NCBI GenBank assembly: GCA_050331235.1
Contig: JBHJHA010000063.1
Location: 1-53,660 of the forward strand
From: Leptolyngbyaceae cyanobacterium
Lineage (GTDB): Bacteria; Cyanobacteriota; Cyanobacteriia; Phormidesmidales; Phormidesmidaceae
DNA: 53,660 bases
Reading direction: 5' to 3'
The notes beneath the pieces were generated by a model. That model had not been told where the DNA came from and did no database searches. It worked only from the letters and a program-made list of their open reading frames with translations. A program made the position numbers and the translations under genes. Shown here piece after piece: positions 49,954 to 53,660 of this stretch (within the stretch, counting starts at the first letter, position 1; every line of letters begins with the position of its first letter).

Positions 49954-51717
49954 ATGTTGGTCGCTCTAAAAATTGAGAATTTTGCCTTGATTGATCAGTT
50001 AGCCCTCGAGTTTCAGTCTGGGCTCAACGTGCTAACCGGAGAGACTGGTGCCGGCAAGTCCATTATGCTCGATGCCTTGGATGCCGTGTTGGGCGGTCGC
50101 GTGAGCCAACGCATGATCCGTTCCGGCGAAAAGCGTGGTGTCATTGAAGCAACCTTTGCCATTACGGCTTCTACACGCGCCTGGCTAGAAGCCCATGACA
50201 TTCCGGTGCTCGATGAACAGTTAGTCTGTGTGCGAGAACTCACGGCGGGCAAAAACACCGTTCGCAGCCGCTCTCGGCTGAACGGCATCAGCGTCAATAA
50301 GCCTCAGGTGGAAGCGCTGCGTCTGCATTTGATTGAAATCACCGCTCAGGGACAGACTCTCCAAGTGGGCGATCCTCAGATGCAGATAACCTGGGTTGAC
50401 GGCATTGGGGGAATGGAAACGGCCCAGCAGCGGCAGCGTGTGACTGCCTATTATGAAGCCATGGTGGCAGCTAAAGCTCATTTGGAGCGCCGCCAGCGCG
50501 CCGAGCAGCAGCGCCAAGACCAGCTCGACCTGTTTGATTATCAATGGAAAGAGTTAAGCGCCGTTGGCCTCGAGGATCCTGAAGAATTAGTCCAGCTCGA
50601 GCAAGAACAGCAGCGGCTTAGTCATGCCGTAGAGCTGCAACAGCAAAGTTACCAGGTCTATCAACTACTGTACGAGAGCGACCAAGAGAATGCAGCCTGT
50701 GCCGATCTCTTGGGTCGAGCCACCCAAACTTTGGAAGATATGCTCCAGTATGACAATGCGGTAGAACCCATTCTGGACTTAGTGAATGACGCCTTAGCTC
50801 AGGTCGAAGAGGCCGGTCGCCAAATTAATACCTATGGAGAAGAGGTTGAAACGGATCCGCAACGTTTGCAAGACGTGCAAGCGCGGATCAGTCAACTCAA
50901 GCAGTTGACCCGCAAATATGGCAAATCACTACCGGAACTTATTGCCTACGTACAGGAGATTCAGGCCTCATTAGCCCTGCTCAATGGTGAGGGACAATCG
51001 TTAGAAACCTTGGAGGCGGCTTACCAAAATGCCCGGGCCGATCTTGAAAAAGCCTGTCGTCAGTTGACGAAGCTCCGCCAGCAAGCAGCCAAGCAGTTGG
51101 AAGCCAATTTAGTTGCAGAGCTTCAGCCGTTAGCAATGGATCGGGTCCAGTTCCAAGTCGAGATCATGCCGACCGAGCCCACAGCCCTAGGGGCCGACAG
51201 AGTCCAGTTTCTCTTTAGTCCTAATCCGGGGGAACCGTTACAATCCCTGGCGGAAACTGCTTCAGGCGGTGAAATGAGCCGCTTTTTACTAGCGCTCAAG
51301 GCTTGTCTGTCGCAAATTGACGTTGTCAATACCTTGGTGTTTGACGAAGTTGATGTAGGCGTTTCAGGGCGGGTGGCCCAGGCGATCGCCGAAAAACTGC
51401 ATCAGCTAGGGCGATCGCAGCAAGTGCTCTGTGTGACTCACCAACCCATGGTCGCAGCCATGGCCGACGCTCATTTTCGAGTCGGGAAAGAGATCATTGA
51501 ACCAGCCATGGCTGGCAATGGCAAAACTGCTAAAACCCGATCTAAAACCAGACAAACAACCAGCGACCAAGTCAGAACCGTTGTGAGAGTCACCCCGCTA
51601 GACGAATCTAGCCGCCGCGATGAGCTTGCGCAGTTGGCCGGGGGACAAACTCATCAAGAGGCCCTATCGTTTGCTGACTCTCTGCTAAACCAAGCTAAAA
51701 AGCTACGGCAAGCTTGA
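49954..51717 (+). CDS. recN: DNA repair protein RecN
   Basis: LKIENFALID, TGETGAGKS, ASGGEMSRFLLALK, FDEVDVGVSG, CVTHQP. Confidence 0.97.
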   Translation: MLVALKIENFALIDQLALEFQSGLNVLTGETGAGKSIMLDALDAVLGGRVSQRMIRSGEKRGVIEATFAITASTRAWLEAHDIPVLDEQLVCVRELTAGKNTVRSRSRLNGISVNKPQVEALRLHLIEITAQGQTLQVGDPQMQITWVDGIGGMETAQQRQRVTAYYEAMVAAKAHLERRQRAEQQRQDQLDLFDYQWKELSAVGLEDPEELVQLEQEQQRLSHAVELQQQSYQVYQLLYESDQENAACADLLGRATQTLEDMLQYDNAVEPILDLVNDALAQVEEAGRQINTYGEEVETDPQRLQDVQARISQLKQLTRKYGKSLPELIAYVQEIQASLALLNGEGQSLETLEAAYQNARADLEKACRQLTKLRQQAAKQLEANLVAELQPLAMDRVQFQVEIMPTEPTALGADRVQFLFSPNPGEPLQSLAETASGGEMSRFLLALKACLSQIDVVNTLVFDEVDVGVSGRVAQAIAEKLHQLGRSQQVLCVTHQPMVAAMADAHFRVGKEIIEPAMAGNGKTAKTRSKTRQTTSDQVRTVVRVTPLDESSRRDELAQLAGGQTHQEALSFADSLLNQAKKLRQA

Positions 51718-51873
51718 GCTTAGGGCTGACTCACTGGATGGTGTAGTCACAGCAGATAGCTGACTCAATAACCCGAAACAGACCTTGCCACAAATTTTTG
51801 ACAAATAGTCTTCATCTCGAAGCACTGACTTTAAGATAATCTCTTGAAGAACCGTTTTGTGATTTGCCAACCT

Positions 51874-53481
51874 ATGCAATTCCCTTTATTGCTCGTTGAG
51901 GCAGCTTTAGAAGATCCGTTCATCGAAGAAGGACTCCGCAAGTTCCTACTAGTTTTGTCGGTATCTTTGGGCGTTGCGACGCTTTCAAGAGCTTTGAGCT
52001 GGTTACGCAATATTCCCTACACGCTGCTATTACTGTTGGTGGGACTTGGGTTGGCCACCATTGATGTACGGCTTATCAATCTATCCCCTGAGCTGATCTT
52101 GTTCATCTTCCTACCGCCCTTGCTCTTCGAGGCGGCTTGGAACATCAAATGGTCCAACCTGAAGAAAGATTGGCTCCCGATCTGCTTATTTGCGATCGTG
52201 GGCGTAGTGATCTGCGTTGGCGGTATCTTTCTCGGTTTACGCCAATTTGCCGGGGCTTCCCTCGCCACGGCCCTACTCGTAGGAGCCGGCCTCTCAGCCA
52301 CCGATCCAGTCTCCGTGGTCGCCCTGTTTCGAGAGTTGGGCGTCGACAAACGGCTTACCACGCTGATGGAAGGGGAAAGCCTCTTCAACGACGGGGTTGC
52401 GGTAGTCGCTTACAACCTCCTGCTAGGCATTGCTCTTGGCGCTGAGCAGTTTGATTTACCCGTGACGATTTCTCGCTTCTTGGTCTTCGTCGGCATTGGC
52501 CTGAGCATCGGCAGCCTGATCGGCTTCGGCATCTCATACTTGACCCAGCGGTTCGACTTACCCCTTGTCGAGCAGTCGCTCACGCTGGTATCAGCCTACG
52601 GCACCTATTTGGTCGCTGAGCAGTTGGGCGGCTCTGGCGTAATTGCGGTAGTGACGACCGGCTTGGTTTTGGGCAATTTTGGCTCTCGCATCGGCATGAG
52701 TCCTCGCACGCGCCTGTCGGTTTCGGAATTTTGGGACTTCGTCGCCTTCTTTGTGAATTCCATCGTCTTTCTGTTGATTGGCGATCAAGTCAGGTTTGAC
52801 GGCCTCATCGCGAACCTCAACATTATCCTCATCACGATTTTGGTCATGAGCGTAGCCCGGGCGATCAGTATCTTTGGGCTGAGCGCGATCAGCAACTGGT
52901 GGGATGACTCCGATATTTCGCTACCTAATCAGGTCATTTTGTGGTGGGGTGGGCTTCGGGGCTCAGTCTCGGTTGCGCTGGCGCTGAGCGTACCGGAGTC
53001 GCTGGCAGAACGAGAAGATATTATCGCCATCATTTTTGGCGTGATGTTGTTCACCCTGCTAGTACAAGGATTAACCACCAAACCGCTGCTAGAAGCCCTT
53101 AACTTACTAGGCGATCAGCCTTTAAAGCAGGAATTCATTCAAAAAATTGCGCGTCGGGTGGCGCTCAATCGTGTAATGGACGAACTCGAAAGGGTGAAGC
53201 AGCAAAAGTCTATCGATGCTGAATACTGCGACTATCAAATTGCTTTGGTTGACGGGCAGCTCGAAGAAATACAAGCAGAAATGCGGGTAATGCAGCGTGA
53301 TCATCCTGACTTATCGCAGCTTTTAATTGAGCGTCTCAATGAGAGTTTAGTGGCAATAGAGTCTGATACTTATGCCCAGTTCATCCGCGCTGGCTATCTC
53401 AAAGAAGAAATTACGCCTCTCTTGGAATCCCTTTTAGAGGCCAATCAAGAAGAGGATAGCAACTCTCCGCAAGCGGTTTGA
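51874..53481 (+). CDS. CPA1 (NhaP-type) Na+/H+ antiporter
   Basis: FLPPLLFEAA, SATDPVSV, EGESLFNDG, WGGLRG. Confidence 0.93.
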   Translation: MQFPLLLVEAALEDPFIEEGLRKFLLVLSVSLGVATLSRALSWLRNIPYTLLLLLVGLGLATIDVRLINLSPELILFIFLPPLLFEAAWNIKWSNLKKDWLPICLFAIVGVVICVGGIFLGLRQFAGASLATALLVGAGLSATDPVSVVALFRELGVDKRLTTLMEGESLFNDGVAVVAYNLLLGIALGAEQFDLPVTISRFLVFVGIGLSIGSLIGFGISYLTQRFDLPLVEQSLTLVSAYGTYLVAEQLGGSGVIAVVTTGLVLGNFGSRIGMSPRTRLSVSEFWDFVAFFVNSIVFLLIGDQVRFDGLIANLNIILITILVMSVARAISIFGLSAISNWWDDSDISLPNQVILWWGGLRGSVSVALALSVPESLAEREDIIAIIFGVMLFTLLVQGLTTKPLLEALNLLGDQPLKQEFIQKIARRVALNRVMDELERVKQQKSIDAEYCDYQIALVDGQLEEIQAEMRVMQRDHPDLSQLLIERLNESLVAIESDTYAQFIRAGYLKEEITPLLESLLEANQEEDSNSPQAV

Positions 53482-53523
53482 TAGCTGCAGGCCTTGACGC
53501 TACCCACCTGAGCAATGGCACTA

Positions 53524-53660
53524 GTACTCAACGGCACAAATAAGCATAGCCATTATGCGGTTAAGGGCTTGCCCGTATAGTTCCATTTGAAAGGCTTGGC
53601 CATGGTGCGATTGAAGTAATCGATGAAGTCGAGAATCTTAGCCTTGAGATGAGCTTGACT
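53524..53660 (-). mobile_element. Right end of an IS630-family element (transposase C-terminus 53553-53660, truncated by window edge)
   Basis: Minus strand SQAHLKAKILDFIDYFNRTMAKPFKWNYTGKPLTA*; terminal TA-GTACTCAACGGCACAAATAAG resembles cyanobacterial IS630 ends with a TA target. Confidence 0.8.

Noticed and set aside
1..53660. CRISPR array
   Set aside because: No regularly spaced 25-40 bp direct repeats with unique spacers; the recurring repeats are HIP1 octamers and dispersed elements.

Overview
Chromosomal window of a HIP1-rich (GCGATCGC) cyanobacterium, probably a filamentous Leptolyngbya/Nodosilinea-like lineage (inferred from gene content only). Most of it is core housekeeping genes: iscS, dam-like methylase, rbfA, nagZ-like GH3, ndbB-like, mlaE, CRR6, wecB, tRNA-Leu(CAA), clpB, ABC-F, yidD, ABC1 kinase, recN and a Na+/H+ antiporter. 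An accessory zone surrounds clpB (~28.7-39.3 kb). It holds Uma2, MNT-HEPN and DUF433/DUF5615 TA pairs, a RAYT transposase, two low-GC genes and a duplicated clpB 3' end, and its cassette junctions carry clustered HIP1 sites. The best candidate for an undescribed system is a small Lys/Arg-rich ORF (28511-28717) right behind tRNA-Leu. It has a KGRGGS motif and an intrinsic terminator inside its coding sequence, the architecture of tmRNA-controlled alternative ribosome-rescue factors (ArfA/BrfA/ArfT). Other leads are a four-gene envelope operon of unknown function behind tandem LexA-like boxes, a catalytically degenerate large serine recombinase, two copies of a ~113-bp MITE-like repeat, several nonsense or frameshift lesions, and an IS630 end at the right edge. 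All family calls come from motif recognition by eye, not database searches.
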